Assembly (NCBI GenBank): GCA_963832165.1
Contig: CAWHTE010000007.1
Coordinates: 672,001-736,000 of the forward strand
From: an uncultured delta proteobacterium
GTDB lineage: Bacteria; Myxococcota_A; UBA9160; SMWR01
Direction of reading: 5' to 3'
DNA length: 64,000 nt
Part shown: positions 45,925 to 56,681 of the stretch, in pieces
Position numbering within the stretch: the stretch's first letter is position 1
Layout of the letters: each line of letters starts with the position of its first letter
Translations under genes and position numbers: made by a program
Notes under the pieces: model-generated
Seen by the model: the letters and a program-made list of their open reading frames with translations, nothing else
Database searches by the model: none
What the model was told of the DNA's origin: nothing

Positions 45925-46095
45925 CGGTGTTCGCGCGCTCCGAGTTGCGCGCCCAGCAGAAAGTTCTACGTGATATGTGCGCTCGTGATAGGGTGGCGCG
46001 CGAACCACGTAGGGGCGATTCGTGACGCTCGGATTCTTCACGCGAACCCTGATTGCGACCAGCGCGATCTGGCTCGCGTTCGGCTGCGCGCTCCA

Positions 46096-47157
46096 CTAGC
46101 GCTCCGCGCGCACGTAGTTGACGAGCCGCCCGACGCGTTCGATTTCTATCTCGACCACGTCGCCGTCGCGCAGCCAGCGCGCGGGCTCGCGCGCTGCGCC
46201 CACGCCTCCGGGCGTTCCGGTCAGGATCACGTCGCCGGGCTCGAGCCGCATGAGGCGCGAGGCGAACGCGATGATCTCGGTGACCGGGAAGTGCATGTCC
46301 TTGGTGCGCGCCGATTGCACGATCTCGCCTGACAGGCGCGTGACGAGCCCGAGGTCCTGCGGGTCGGAGATCTCGTCCGCGGTGACCAGCCACGGCCCGA
46401 GCGGGGCGAACGTGTCGCACGATTTGCCGAGGAAGCGCTGGCCGCGCACACCCTGGAAATCGCGCGCCGTCACGTCGTTGGCGACGCAGTAGCCCGCGAT
46501 CTTCGCGGCCGCCTCTTCCGGCGCGATGCGCTGCGCGGGCTGACCGATCACCACAGCGAGCTCGCCTTCGTAGTCCGCCTCGCGCACGGTGCTCGGGACG
46601 ACGATCTCGTCTTCGGGGCCGATCACCGCAGACGAGGCCTTGATGAACAGGACCGGCTCCACGGGAGGTGAGCTGTCACCGCGCTCGCGCGCGTGATCGG
46701 GATAGTTGCGCGCGACGCCGACGATCTTTCCCGGGCGCGGCACGGGTGCGTGCAGGCGGACCGACGCGCGTGGCAACACGATTCCCGCCGCGCGCAGATC
46801 GGGCGCGTCGTAGCGCTCGAGCGCGTCGCGCACGAACTCGAGTGCGCTGCGCGCGGCGGAGAGCGCGCTCGCGCCGCGCGCGAGGAATGCGATCGGGTCC
46901 GAGGGGATCAGCGATTCGGCCTCGGCCTCGGGTGCACCCGCATCGCCCTGCGCGAGCTTCACCGCGAGCGCACGCGTGAGGTCGACGACCGCGCCGGTGT
47001 CCGGACCGGAGGAAATCAGCGCTCCCAGGCGCCGCGCGCCGGGCGCAAACAGCTCGCTCGAGAGTGCGAGCCCCGTGCGCCCGAGCACGTCGAGGCCCGC
47101 GGAAGGCACGGCCCCGCGTGCTCGGCGCGCCGATCGCTCGAAGCTCACGATCCGCAT
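46096..47157 (-). CDS. Fumarylacetoacetate hydrolase family protein
   Basis: KIVGVARNYPDH, DYEGELAVVIG, NDVTARD, GKSCDTF and TGTPGGVG motifs. Confidence 0.93.
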   Translation of the reverse strand: MRIVSFERSARRARGAVPSAGLDVLGRTGLALSSELFAPGARRLGALISSGPDTGAVVDLTRALAVKLAQGDAGAPEAEAESLIPSDPIAFLARGASALSAARSALEFVRDALERYDAPDLRAAGIVLPRASVRLHAPVPRPGKIVGVARNYPDHARERGDSSPPVEPVLFIKASSAVIGPEDEIVVPSTVREADYEGELAVVIGQPAQRIAPEEAAAKIAGYCVANDVTARDFQGVRGQRFLGKSCDTFAPLGPWLVTADEISDPQDLGLVTRLSGEIVQSARTKDMHFPVTEIIAFASRLMRLEPGDVILTGTPGGVGAAREPARWLRDGDVVEIEIERVGRLVNYVRAER

Positions 47158-47301
47158 CGACCCTCCCGGTTTCCCGAAGTTGCGCGTGCGCTGCGCACCG
47201 GTGGGCTGTCCTGATCCCGCGGGCCGCGAAGATTCAAGCCCGCGCGCCCCCCTGCCGAAAAGCGCTTCGGGAGCCGTTCGAGCTTATCACGGGAGATGCC
47301 C

Positions 47302-47634
47302 ATGACTTCTCCGTCTTCGACGTCCTCTGCCGACCTGCTCCGGCGGGTCGGCATCCTGCTCGGGTGGATTTCGCTGTTCGCGACGATCGCTTTGATGTCG
47401 CCCGGCATCGTGGCGACGGCCAACGCCGAGGAGGCGGCTTCGGCTGCTGGACCCGCGTGCCAGGTGAGCGCCGACGCCGACGATCAGACGGCGCACGAGC
47501 TCTCCCAGATGATCGAGCGGCTGCGGGCAGCGACCGCCGAGCAGCCCGACTCCGCAAGCGACGTCGTTTCGCTGAACACGCGCGGCTGGAACTACACGAC
47601 GACGCTCGCCGCACCGCCCGCCGAGCGCCGCTAG
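47302..47634 (+). CDS. Small hypothetical secreted/membrane-anchored protein
   Basis: RR plus hydrophobic stretch and ANA cleavage-like site; GGAG RBS; followed by a hairpin. Confidence 0.6.
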   Translation: MTSPSSTSSADLLRRVGILLGWISLFATIALMSPGIVATANAEEAASAAGPACQVSADADDQTAHELSQMIERLRAATAEQPDSASDVVSLNTRGWNYTTTLAAPPAERR

Positions 47635-47640
47635 CTCGAA

Positions 47641-47667
47641 CGACTCCCTCTCGGGGAGGGGCGTTTT
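47641..47667 (+). terminator. Probable intrinsic terminator
   Basis: CCCTC-TCGGG-GAGGG stem-loop followed by GCGTTTT, right after the stop at 47634. Confidence 0.5.
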
Positions 47668-47719
47668 GACACCGGATGGGGTGGGGTCTTAGCTTCGGGC
47701 CCGGGTGCCTGGATCCCTA

Positions 47720-50266
47720 ATGAACCCGTCGTCCACCCTTCGCGTGCGCCGCGCGATCGCCGGCCTGTTCCTCGCCTGGTCGCTGGTCGCGATCGTGCTC
47801 TCGCTCGCGGCACTGCGCGCCCCGGGCGATCGCCTCTACCACCCGTTCACCCACACGCGTCTCGCGACCACTTCCGTGATCGCCGAGGTCGCGCCCTCGG
47901 CACAGGAAAGCGGAGCCGAGCCCGGCGACGTGATCGTGGCGATGAACGGCCGCCCCTATCACGAGGTGCTGCGCGCGGGCGTGCACGACCTCGACCCCGC
48001 GCGCGCGAACCTGTACCTGCTCGAGAAGAGGGACGGGCGACGCATCGAAGTGTCGCTCGCGCCCGAACCGATTGCGTGGACCCAGACGCCGACTGCGGCC
48101 GCCCTTCACGCGCTCATGGTGCTCGTCGCGGGGTTCTACCTCGTGACGGGCGGGGCCGCGTGGTGGCTCAAGTCGGATCGCTCCGAGGCGTGGGCGCTCA
48201 TGCTCTTCTGCAGCACGATGGCCGCGCAGCTCGCGACCATGCCGCAGACGAACCTGATCCCGCTCGGCTGGCCGCGCATGCTCGTGAACGTTCCGCTGAT
48301 CGGCGCGACCACGTTCCATCTCTTCACCACCTATCCAATCGAGCCGGGTTGGGTGGTCAGGCACCGGCGCGCGCAGCTGCTGCCCTACGCGGCCGCGCTC
48401 TGCCTCGCCGTGTTCTCGCTCACGGAGCGCGAGTTCGGCGCGCCGGTCGGCCTCGGCCTCACGCTCTCCTACGTGTTCACCCAGCTCCTGATGGTGGCGT
48501 CGCTCGCGATCGTGGCGTTCGAGCGCCGCAACCATGGCGAGGGTCCGCTGCGCAACCGCGCCGACCTGATGTTCTGGGCCGCGCTCGTGAGCTTCGGCCC
48601 GATCCTGTTGATCTACTTGGCCGAGTGGCTGCTGCAGACGCCATTCCCGTCACACGTGGCAATGCTCTGGCTGTCGCTGTTCCCGGTGGCCGTCGGCTAC
48701 GGGATCGTGCGCCGTCAGCTCTTCGAAGTGCGCAGCGTCGCGAAGTCCTCCGCGGCGTACGGTGCCGCGACGCTCGCGATCACGGGCGTGTTCGCATTCC
48801 TGATCACATTCGCCGATGCGGCGGTTTCGCGCCTGAACATCAGCTTCCGCTGGTTCCAGGTGACCTTCCTGTTCTTCGCGATCCTCGCGTTCAACCCGCT
48901 GCGCAACCGGCTCCAGAACCTGGTGGACCGCTTCTTCGACCGCGATCGCGAGACCTACCGCGTGGCCGTGCGCGAGATCTCCGAGGCAATGGTGTCGATG
49001 CTCTCGCTGCCCGAGATCGCCGACCGCATCCTGCTCGCGCTCACCGACACCATGGGCGTCGAGCGCGCGATGGTGATGATGGTGGACGACCAGGGGAAGG
49101 TGCTGCGCTCGGCGGCCTCGCGCGGCGAGTGGGACGAGGAGGATCTCTCGCTCGAGATCCGCTCCGATCACCCGATCTGGAAGCACCTGTGGATGCGCCG
49201 CGAGGACCTCTCGCGCGTCGACTTCGACGAGGAACCCGACGTGGAATACCGCGAGGCGTGCCGCGACGTCTTCGACACGCTCGAGGTCGAGCTGCTCGTG
49301 CCCATCCTCTATGGAGTCGATCTGCTCGGGGTGATCGCGGTGGGCCGCAAGATCTCGGGCGACCGCCTCGTAGGCGACGACCGGACGCTCTTGCGCACGC
49401 TCGCGAACCAGAGTTCGATCGCGATCGAGAACGCGAAGGCGTTCGACGAGATCGCGAAGCTCAACGAGACGCTCGAGGCGCGTGTCGAAGAGCGCACGGC
49501 CGAGCTCCAGGACACGCAGGCGCAGCTCGTACAGGCCGAGAAGATGAAGAGTCTCGGCCAGCTCGTGGCGGGCGTCGCGCACGAGCTCAACAACCCGATC
49601 GGCTTCGTGCATGCCAACCTGCAACTGCTCGACGAGTACGTGCGCAAGTTCGTCGACGCACAGCGCACGGGTGGCGATCCGGAGCGCGCGCGCGAGGCGA
49701 TCACGAAGCTGCTCGCGCGCAGCCGCGAGGGAACCGAGCGGGTCAAGAAGATCGTGCAGGACCTGCGCACCTTCTCGCGCATGGACCACGCCGAGCTCCA
49801 GGACGTGGACCTGCACGAGGAGATCGAGCGCACGCTCGCGCTCATGGAGCCGCGCTTCAAGAACGGTATTGCGGTCGAGCGCGACTACGGCGAGATCCCG
49901 CGCGTTCGCTGCTATGCCGGTCAGCTGAACCAGGTATTCCTGAACCTGCTCATGAACGCGTGCGATGCGATGAAGGACCAGGGGAAGATCACGGTCCGCA
50001 CGCGGCGCGCGCCGCTCGGCGTGCGCCTCTCGTTCGCGGACGACGGTCCGGGTATTCCCGAGAACGTGCGCAGTCGGATCTTCGACCCGTTCTTCACGAC
50101 CAAGCCGGTGGGCGAGGGCACCGGGCTCGGCCTGTCTCTCTCTCACGGGATCATCGAGCGTCACGGCGGGAACATCCACGTCGAGTCGGAGCCCGGTCAC
50201 GGCGCGATGTTCGTGATCGATCTGCCGCTGGTTCCGGTCGGCGACGCGGTCGCGGCCGCGCGCTAG
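47720..50266 (+). CDS. Sensor histidine kinase (PDZ-like, multi-TM, GAF, HisKA/HATPase)
   Basis: [16 protein letters not shown]-like motif, many TM helices, [14 protein letters not shown]-box, and NACDA/DDGPG/FFTTK/GTGLGL boxes. Confidence 0.93.
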   Translation: MNPSSTLRVRRAIAGLFLAWSLVAIVLSLAALRAPGDRLYHPFTHTRLATTSVIAEVAPSAQESGAEPGDVIVAMNGRPYHEVLRAGVHDLDPARANLYLLEKRDGRRIEVSLAPEPIAWTQTPTAAALHALMVLVAGFYLVTGGAAWWLKSDRSEAWALMLFCSTMAAQLATMPQTNLIPLGWPRMLVNVPLIGATTFHLFTTYPIEPGWVVRHRRAQLLPYAAALCLAVFSLTEREFGAPVGLGLTLSYVFTQLLMVASLAIVAFERRNHGEGPLRNRADLMFWAALVSFGPILLIYLAEWLLQTPFPSHVAMLWLSLFPVAVGYGIVRRQLFEVRSVAKSSAAYGAATLAITGVFAFLITFADAAVSRLNISFRWFQVTFLFFAILAFNPLRNRLQNLVDRFFDRDRETYRVAVREISEAMVSMLSLPEIADRILLALTDTMGVERAMVMMVDDQGKVLRSAASRGEWDEEDLSLEIRSDHPIWKHLWMRREDLSRVDFDEEPDVEYREACRDVFDTLEVELLVPILYGVDLLGVIAVGRKISGDRLVGDDRTLLRTLANQSSIAIENAKAFDEIAKLNETLEARVEERTAELQDTQAQLVQAEKMKSLGQLVAGVAHELNNPIGFVHANLQLLDEYVRKFVDAQRTGGDPERAREAITKLLARSREGTERVKKIVQDLRTFSRMDHAELQDVDLHEEIERTLALMEPRFKNGIAVERDYGEIPRVRCYAGQLNQVFLNLLMNACDAMKDQGKITVRTRRAPLGVRLSFADDGPGIPENVRSRIFDPFFTTKPVGEGTGLGLSLSHGIIERHGGNIHVESEPGHGAMFVIDLPLVPVGDAVAAAR

Positions 50267-50613
50267 CGGACCGCTTCGCGGTCGCGCTCGACTTCGACCT
50301 CGAGCTCGCGGCCCATCCCGATCGGCACGACCTCGATGCACAGGTCTTCGTCGCGGAACGCAGCGCGTCCGTCGGCGTCGACCTCGGGCTCCAGCACCAC
50401 GAGCCGCGGCTCGTAGCCGGGCCCCTTCGCGTAGATCTTGTGCGGCTGATCCGTGCGCAGCGCGGCTTCGTTCCCTTCGAGCAGCTCCCCGTCCACGTAG
50501 AGCGTGACCTCGCGCGGCACGCATTCGATGCGCACTATCTGGGTCGTGGCGCAGCCCGCGGCCGCGGCGACGAGCAGCGCGGCGAGACCGGCGAGCGGAC
50601 GGGCTCGAGGCAT
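50263..50613 (-). CDS. Small lipoprotein (PEGA-like)
   Basis: Lipobox AAG-C; P-x-x-V-x-L-Y-V-D-G and GYEP pattern. Confidence 0.65.
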   Translation of the reverse strand: MPRARPLAGLAALLVAAAAGCATTQIVRIECVPREVTLYVDGELLEGNEAALRTDQPHKIYAKGPGYEPRLVVLEPEVDADGRAAFRDEDLCIEVVPIGMGRELEVEVERDREAVR

Positions 50614-50670
50614 TCGCCGCGAGACTAGCTTAGATTCCAGAGCGTGACGGGAATCAGCGGGGGCGACGGC

Positions 50671-51183
50671 ATGACTGCGCTCGATCGCGTGATCGCACGC
50701 GACGAGATCCGTCAGCTCGCCTATCGCTATGCGTGGGCGGTCGACGCGCGCGACATCGACCTGCTCGTGTCGCTATTCGTGCCCGACGTGCGCGTGGGAC
50801 GCGACCGGATCGGGCACGACGCGCTGCGGGAGTTCTGGCGCGAGTCGCTCTCCGCAACGGGTGTGTCGATCCTGTTCGTGGGCAATCACCTGATCGACTT
50901 CCAGGACTCGGATCACGCGACGGGCGGCGTCTATTGTCGCGCGCAGGTCCAGGACGGCGAACGTTGGATCGAGCAGGCGATCCACTACCGCGATACCTAC
51001 GAGCGCCGCGAGGGAGCCTGGCTGTTCGTGCGCCGCATTCACCGCCTCTGGTACGGAGTCGAGGCCGCCGAGCGACCGCTCGACCAGCCGCCCGCGAACT
51101 GGCCCGAGCGCCAGGAGGGCCGCGGAACGCTGCCCGAGGAGTGGGCGACCTGGCACGCGTTCTGGAAGAGCGGCGGCGGCTGA
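50671..51183 (+). CDS. SnoaL-like/NTF2-family protein
   Basis: IRQLAYRYAWAVDARD, GNHLIDF and YRDTYER...WLF motifs. Confidence 0.88.
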   Translation: MTALDRVIARDEIRQLAYRYAWAVDARDIDLLVSLFVPDVRVGRDRIGHDALREFWRESLSATGVSILFVGNHLIDFQDSDHATGGVYCRAQVQDGERWIEQAIHYRDTYERREGAWLFVRRIHRLWYGVEAAERPLDQPPANWPERQEGRGTLPEEWATWHAFWKSGGG

Positions 51184-52470
51184 GTGTCGGACGATCGCGC
51201 CGAGATCCTGATCGTCGGAGGCGGCATCATCGGCACGAGCCTCGCGTGGGCGCTCGCGGTGCGCGGCGCGCGCGGCGTGGCCGTGGTCGACCTCGACCTC
51301 GCGGGTCTGTACGCCTCGTCGGAGCTGAACGCGGGCGGAGCACGCGCCACCTGGTGGCAGCCCGTCAACATCGATGCGTGTCGCGCCACGCTCGACTTCT
51401 TCGGCGAGCACGCCGAGGAGTTCGGCTTCCGCCGCCGCGGCTATCTGTGGCTCTACGACGATCCGGATCTTCACGCCCAGGCGCTCGAGAAGCGGTCGCT
51501 CCAGAACGCGCGCGGGCTCGGCGTCGAGGCGCTCGGAGTCGCCGACGTCGCGGAGCGCTTCCCGCTGCTCGACCGCGCACTCGACGAGCTGGTCGGAGCG
51601 ACCTACTCGCCGCGCGACGGCCTCGTCAACCCGAATGCCGTGCGCGCGTGGTTCCGCCGCGAAGCCGAGTCGCTCGGCGTGCGCTTCCTGAACCGACACT
51701 ACGTCACCGGAGTCGAGACGCGGCGCGTGGCAGGTGCGGGCGGCAGCCTGCGGCGGGTCTCCGCGCTGGACGTCGTCGAGGTCGAGCGCCGCGGCGTGCT
51801 CGAAGACGAGGAGCGCGTGCGCGAGATCCTCGTGAGCCACCGCGTGAAGGCGGCCGATCAGCGCGGCGAGGTGCGCATCGCGTGCGACGTGGTCGTGAAC
51901 TGTCTCGGTGCATGGTCTCCGATCTTCTCGGCCAAGGTGGGCGTCACGGACGTCACCGAGCCGGTGCGCCGCCAGATCTGTCTCGTCGACGTGCACGCGA
52001 GCGATCTCGCGCCGGGCGTCGATCTCGATGCGCTCGGCATGATCGTCGACGCGAGCGACCTCTACTTTCATCCCGAAGGCGCTCACGTGCTCGCGGGTTA
52101 TTCGATTCCCGACGAGGGCAGCGGCTTCGACTTCGACTACGACGGCGAGCCGTTCTTCGAAACCTACATCTGGCCGCGTCTGGCGCACCGCGCGAGCAGC
52201 TTCGAGCGCTGCGGCCACGTGCGCGGTTGGTCCGGACTCTACGAGGTGACTCCCGACCGCAGCGGGATCGCCGGCGCCGTTCCCGGCTTCGCCAATTTCT
52301 TCGAAGCCCACGCGTTCACGGGCCGCGGCGTGATGCAGTCCTACGCGGTCGGACAGGCGATGGCCGAGCGGATCGACACGGGGCGCTTCGGTGCGATCGA
52401 TCTCGCGCCGCTCGACCGCGGGCGCTTCACTGACCCCAAGCGCTGGGTGACCGAGGCGCTGCACATCTAG
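51184..52470 (+). CDS. FAD-dependent oxidoreductase (DAO/sarcosine oxidase beta/FOXRED1-like)
   Basis: IVGGGIIGTS, DGLVNP, WSGLYEVTPD and FTGRGVMQS motifs. Confidence 0.9.
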   Translation: MSDDRAEILIVGGGIIGTSLAWALAVRGARGVAVVDLDLAGLYASSELNAGGARATWWQPVNIDACRATLDFFGEHAEEFGFRRRGYLWLYDDPDLHAQALEKRSLQNARGLGVEALGVADVAERFPLLDRALDELVGATYSPRDGLVNPNAVRAWFRREAESLGVRFLNRHYVTGVETRRVAGAGGSLRRVSALDVVEVERRGVLEDEERVREILVSHRVKAADQRGEVRIACDVVVNCLGAWSPIFSAKVGVTDVTEPVRRQICLVDVHASDLAPGVDLDALGMIVDASDLYFHPEGAHVLAGYSIPDEGSGFDFDYDGEPFFETYIWPRLAHRASSFERCGHVRGWSGLYEVTPDRSGIAGAVPGFANFFEAHAFTGRGVMQSYAVGQAMAERIDTGRFGAIDLAPLDRGRFTDPKRWVTEALHI

Positions 52471-52486
52471 TGCGAAGCGCGAGGGG

Positions 52487-52930
52487 CTACGATTCGCACC
52501 AGCGCTGCAGCTGCGCCAGGGTCTGATCGACGCGCTCCGCGGAGAGCCGCCGCACATCGAAGCGGTCGAGCTCGCCCCCGATCATCGGCAGCGTGTTGTT
52601 CGCGACCAGCCGCAGCGATAGGCGGGTGGCATCCGGGACCTGATCCAGGAGCGTGTAGGTCTCTTCGAACTCGAACGACGCGAGCCGCACCGCGGAGCGC
52701 AGGCGCTCCGCGGGGACCACCTCGAGCGGATCCTCGCAGTGCGACACCGTCACGGAGCCGAGCAGGCAGCGCCAGCGGGCGGGCCGGCCCAGCGTGGGGT
52801 AATCGGGGATCGGCGCCTCGAGCGAGATCCTGCGCTCGTCCCAGCGGATCAGCTCGTCGGGTGACACCAAAGCGCGCCAGACCCGAGCCCGCGGGCTTCG
52901 AATCACCTTCGACATCGCGATGGTGATCAA
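52487..52930 (-). CDS. SRPBCC/START-fold protein
   Basis: IRSPRARVWRAL...W and LAQLQRWCE pattern; start TTG 52930 or ATG 52915. Confidence 0.7.
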   Translation of the reverse strand: MITIAMSKVIRSPRARVWRALVSPDELIRWDERRISLEAPIPDYPTLGRPARWRCLLGSVTVSHCEDPLEVVPAERLRSAVRLASFEFEETYTLLDQVPDATRLSLRLVANNTLPMIGGELDRFDVRRLSAERVDQTLAQLQRWCES

Positions 52931-53034
52931 GCGCTCCCCACCCCCATGGGGCCGCAGGATGCACGCCGCACTGGCTCCCCGCAAGCGGCAGAATGCCCCG
53001 CCTAGCCTCGATCGCCGCTCTGTGTCGAGCGTCC

Positions 53035-55990
53035 TTAACGCGCGGTGAGCAGCCGGCGCTCCGAAGCACGCACGCGAGCCGTCATGATCCGGAGCAGCTC
53101 CAGCCCGATCTCGGGCATCTGGAGCAGGAGGGCCTTCAGGTTCGCGCCATCCACTGCGAGCAGCCGCGTCGGCTCGCAGGCGACCACGGTGGCGCTGCGC
53201 GGTGCGTCGTCGAGGATCGCCATTTCCCCGAAATAGCCGCCCGCCGTCATCGTCGAGAGCTGGCGCGCGTCGGAGCCGCCATAGTCGAGCCAGGCCTCGG
53301 CGCTGCCCTCGAGCAGCAGATAGAGCTCTCCGCCCGGGTCTCCTTCGCGCACGATCACTTCTCCGGCCAGGAACGTGGCGTCGCGCGCGAGGCGCAGCAC
53401 GGCATCGAGCTGATCGAGGTTCAGGTTCTCGAACAGCGGCACACGCTTGAGGGCGAGCAGGCGCTCCATGACGTCGGCCCCGGGAGGCGGAGTTTCGCCC
53501 ACGTGCGGCTCGCGCGCCGCCAGGGCCATCTGAACCCAGCGGTCCTCGGATAGGCGCGCATCGGCGAGGAAGGCCTCGCGGCTCGCGGGCAGCTCCACGG
53601 ACGCGCCGATCGCGGTGATCCGCTCCTCGATCAGACCCGGCTCGTGCATGAGCACGAGCAATCGCGCAGCGGCGCGATCGCCGAGGTTCGAGAGCACTTC
53701 GAGTGCGTCGCCGCGCGAGCGCGACCCGCCGAAGCGCAGCGCACGCTCCACCCGTCGCACCACGCGCGGGCTCTCGATCAGCTCGAGCGCGCGAAACGCA
53801 ATCCGGCGCTGGAGCACGAACTCGTCCGCGACGGCGACGTGCAGGAAGCGCGCATCGATCTCGCCCTCGTTCGGGAGCAGCTCCAGGGCCGCGAGCGCCT
53901 GCCAGGCGAGCTCGGCGCGCCGGCGCAGCTCCGCGAACAGGAGGCGTCTGCGGTGCGGGTGATCGCCTGCGGCGACCGCTTCGAGTGCAGCGCCCGCGGT
54001 CGCCTCGCTCGCGTCGCGGAGGTAGGGCAGTGCGGCCTCGACACCCGCGGCGCCGGCCGCGGAGAGCGCCTCTGCGGCGCAGACGCGCACCGCGGCCACG
54101 GGATCGCTCAGCGCGCGCGCGATGCGCTCGCTCTCTACGCTCCCGAGGCCGCGCACGCCGCGCAGCGCCGCGCTCCGCACGCGCGCATCGTCGGATTCGA
54201 GCGCGCGCGCGATCGCGTCGGCCGGCACGCGGTCGGATGACACTGCAGCGAGTCGCTCGAGGGCGCGCGATCTGCGCGTCTGGATCCGGGCTCGCGAGCA
54301 TCGGCACGAGCAGCTCCGACGCCGACGGCCAGCGTGCGGCGGCCGCCGCGCGCACGCGCGGGTCGGGATCGCGAAGCAGCGGCTCGAAATCGGCGAGCGC
54401 GGTGCCCGGCAGCGCCTCGATCACCGCGAGCCGCACTCCTGCGTCGGGATCGGCGAGCGCGGCGCGCAGCGCGGCGTCCGTTCCGCTGGATCCTGCGATG
54501 GCGCGCGCGCAGGCTGCGCGCACGCTCGCGACCGGATGCGCGAGCCCGCGTACGAGCGGATCGGTGACACCGCGCTGGCCGAGGCTCGCGATCAGCTGGA
54601 GCAGCGAACGCGACGGGCGCGCGGACTCCGCGCGCAAGAGCTCGTCGCACAGATCGGAGAGCCGTTCGGCCTCCCAGGCGCCGATCTCGTCGTCGAGATC
54701 GCCGAGGTCGAGGCGGCCGGTGCGAATGCCCTCGATCAGCGTATCGAGGTAGGCGCGGCCCGCACCGAGATTGGCCACGAAATAGGCGAGCGCGGCTCCA
54801 CCGCCGAGCAGCGCGAGCATTCTCAAGTCCGGCGTTTCGAGCGCGAGCAGCAGAAATCCCGCGCCACTCATCCCGCCGAAGATGACGACGCCTTCCAGAA
54901 ACGCGCGAATCCGGCCCCGGAAGCGCGTCGGCAACGCGTTGAAGATCAGCGTGCGCGCGGGCTGCGCTACGGCGTTCTCGACCATCTCGCGATTGGCGCG
55001 CGCCGCGATCGCGGTGTCGAGCCGGGCCGACGCGAACAGCGCGCCAAAGCTCGCGACCGTGAGCGCGGGGTGCACCACGTGCGAGCCCGCGACACCGAAG
55101 CGGCGGATCAGCCACGGCGTGACCCAGAGCTCGAGCGCGAGCTCGACGAGGTTCGAGAGCGCGAGGAAGGTGCCAATGAACACCGCGAGTGACGTCGGGT
55201 CCGGATGGCTGCGCACGAATATGTCCAGATAGATGTACTGCGCCACGAACTGCGCGAACACCATCCCGAAGGCCGACACCACGAGCCAACGCCCGAGCCG
55301 CGAGCTGCGCACGTAGCGCACCGCTGCGGCGATGCTGGCGACGCTGGTCTCGTCGGCTTCTTCACCGCCGAGCGGGCCCCAGCGGCGCAACGGCCGCCGG
55401 GCGAGCACCAGCAGCGCGGCCGATGCGCACAAGAGCACCCCCCACACGGTGATCGTCGCGAGCGGTCCCAGCGCGCCCGCGGTGAACGCGCCGATCAGAC
55501 CGCCGAGCAGCCCGCCCACGCTCGACCCGATCGTGAATACGGGCACGAGCCGCTTGCTCGTCAGCGTGTCGAAGTAGTCGCCTGCGAAGGTCCAGAAGTG
55601 GTTCACGAGCACGGAGTTAGTCAGGTAGTAGGCCGCGATCAGCGCGAACAGCACGCTCGAGCCCGGCACGGGCACGACGATCGGCAGCGCGATCAGCACC
55701 ACCCCCGCGCCCACCAACATCTGCGAGAACAGCGAGTCGTTGCGCAGCTGGCCGACCACCGCCGCGTAGATCCCCGAGCCGATCATCGCGGCGATCGCCG
55801 CGATCACGAACGCGAGCGGCAGGAGCGGGGCTCCGAGCTCGGTGAGGAAGAGCGCTTCGGAGCCGGCGAGGCCGATCGTCTGCGCGGCGGTCACGAGGGT
55901 GAGCACTCCCGTGAAGAACACCGCGCGCGCGCGCTCGGTGCGGCGGACGGCCGGCAGAATGCGCCAGAAGTGCTCGAACGCGCGCAGCAT
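53035..55990 (-). CDS. NTT/TLC-like MFS transporter fused to HEAT repeats and a cNMP-binding domain (frameshift near 54264)
   Basis: About 12 TM N-terminus (HFWTFAGDYFDTLTSKRL); LADPDAGVR/DPDPRVR HEAT repeats; LKRVPLF...REGD...FGEMAILDDAPRSATV CAP domain. Confidence 0.85.
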
Positions 55991-56105
55991 TGGCGGCACA
56001 GGATAGGGTGCCGGAACGAGCGGGCACGCGCGGTGCTCAGGCGGGGGCGGCGCCGCGTCGATGTTCGGAAGGAGGCGCCGGTCCGACGGCGCCGGGGAGT
56101 CCGGT

Positions 56106-56678
56106 TTGTCCACCGTCGCTCGCCGCCGCAACGGCTTCACGATGATCGAGCTCATGATCGTCGTGGGCATCATCGGCGTGCTGGCAGCCGTCGCGATCCC
56201 CACCTTCCTCCGCTACCAGCTGCGCACGCGCGCCACCGAGACGCTCACCCACCTCAAGGGGATCGCGACCACCGAGGACGCCTACTACGCCGAGCACGGG
56301 ACCTATGTGAGCGTGCCGAACCCCGTGCCGGCGGTGCTGCCGGGCACGTCGCGCGTGCCGTGGCCCACCAACACGCAGTTCAACGTGATCGGCTGGGCGC
56401 CCGAGGGCGGTGTCGTCTTCCAGTACCGCGTCGGCGCGGACGATCCGATGGGCACCGGCGCGCTCACGCGCTTCACGGCCGAGACGACCGCGGATCTCGA
56501 CGTCGACGGCGTGCAGAGCTTCTACGCGCTGATCCGACCGATGGCGGGCGTCGGCGGTCTCCCGGGCGCGCTGCCCGGCACCACCTGCGTCGCATCGGGA
56601 GTCTTTGGCGCGGGTGGGCAGAACGTGCTCGACGTGCCGGGACCCTGCGACTCCGCATCGGGGCGCAGCAAATTCTAG
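56106..56678 (+). CDS. Type IV pilin-like protein
   Basis: Class III signal RRRNG/FTMIELMIVVGIIGVLAAVAIP with E5; two C-terminal Cys; start TTG 56106 or ATG 56061. Confidence 0.9.
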   Translation: MSTVARRRNGFTMIELMIVVGIIGVLAAVAIPTFLRYQLRTRATETLTHLKGIATTEDAYYAEHGTYVSVPNPVPAVLPGTSRVPWPTNTQFNVIGWAPEGGVVFQYRVGADDPMGTGALTRFTAETTADLDVDGVQSFYALIRPMAGVGGLPGALPGTTCVASGVFGAGGQNVLDVPGPCDSASGRSKF

Positions 56679-56681
56679 GCG

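Noticed and set aside
45925..46095. 170-bp gap between convergent genes as a possible RNA element
   Set aside because: Only weak inverted repeats; I could not support a promoter, terminator or tRNA-like fold.
52487..56203. 1238-aa ORF as a single giant protein
   Set aside because: It is a chimera caused by the frameshift near 54264: transporter/HEAT N-terminus, out-of-frame filler, then the separate SRPBCC gene.
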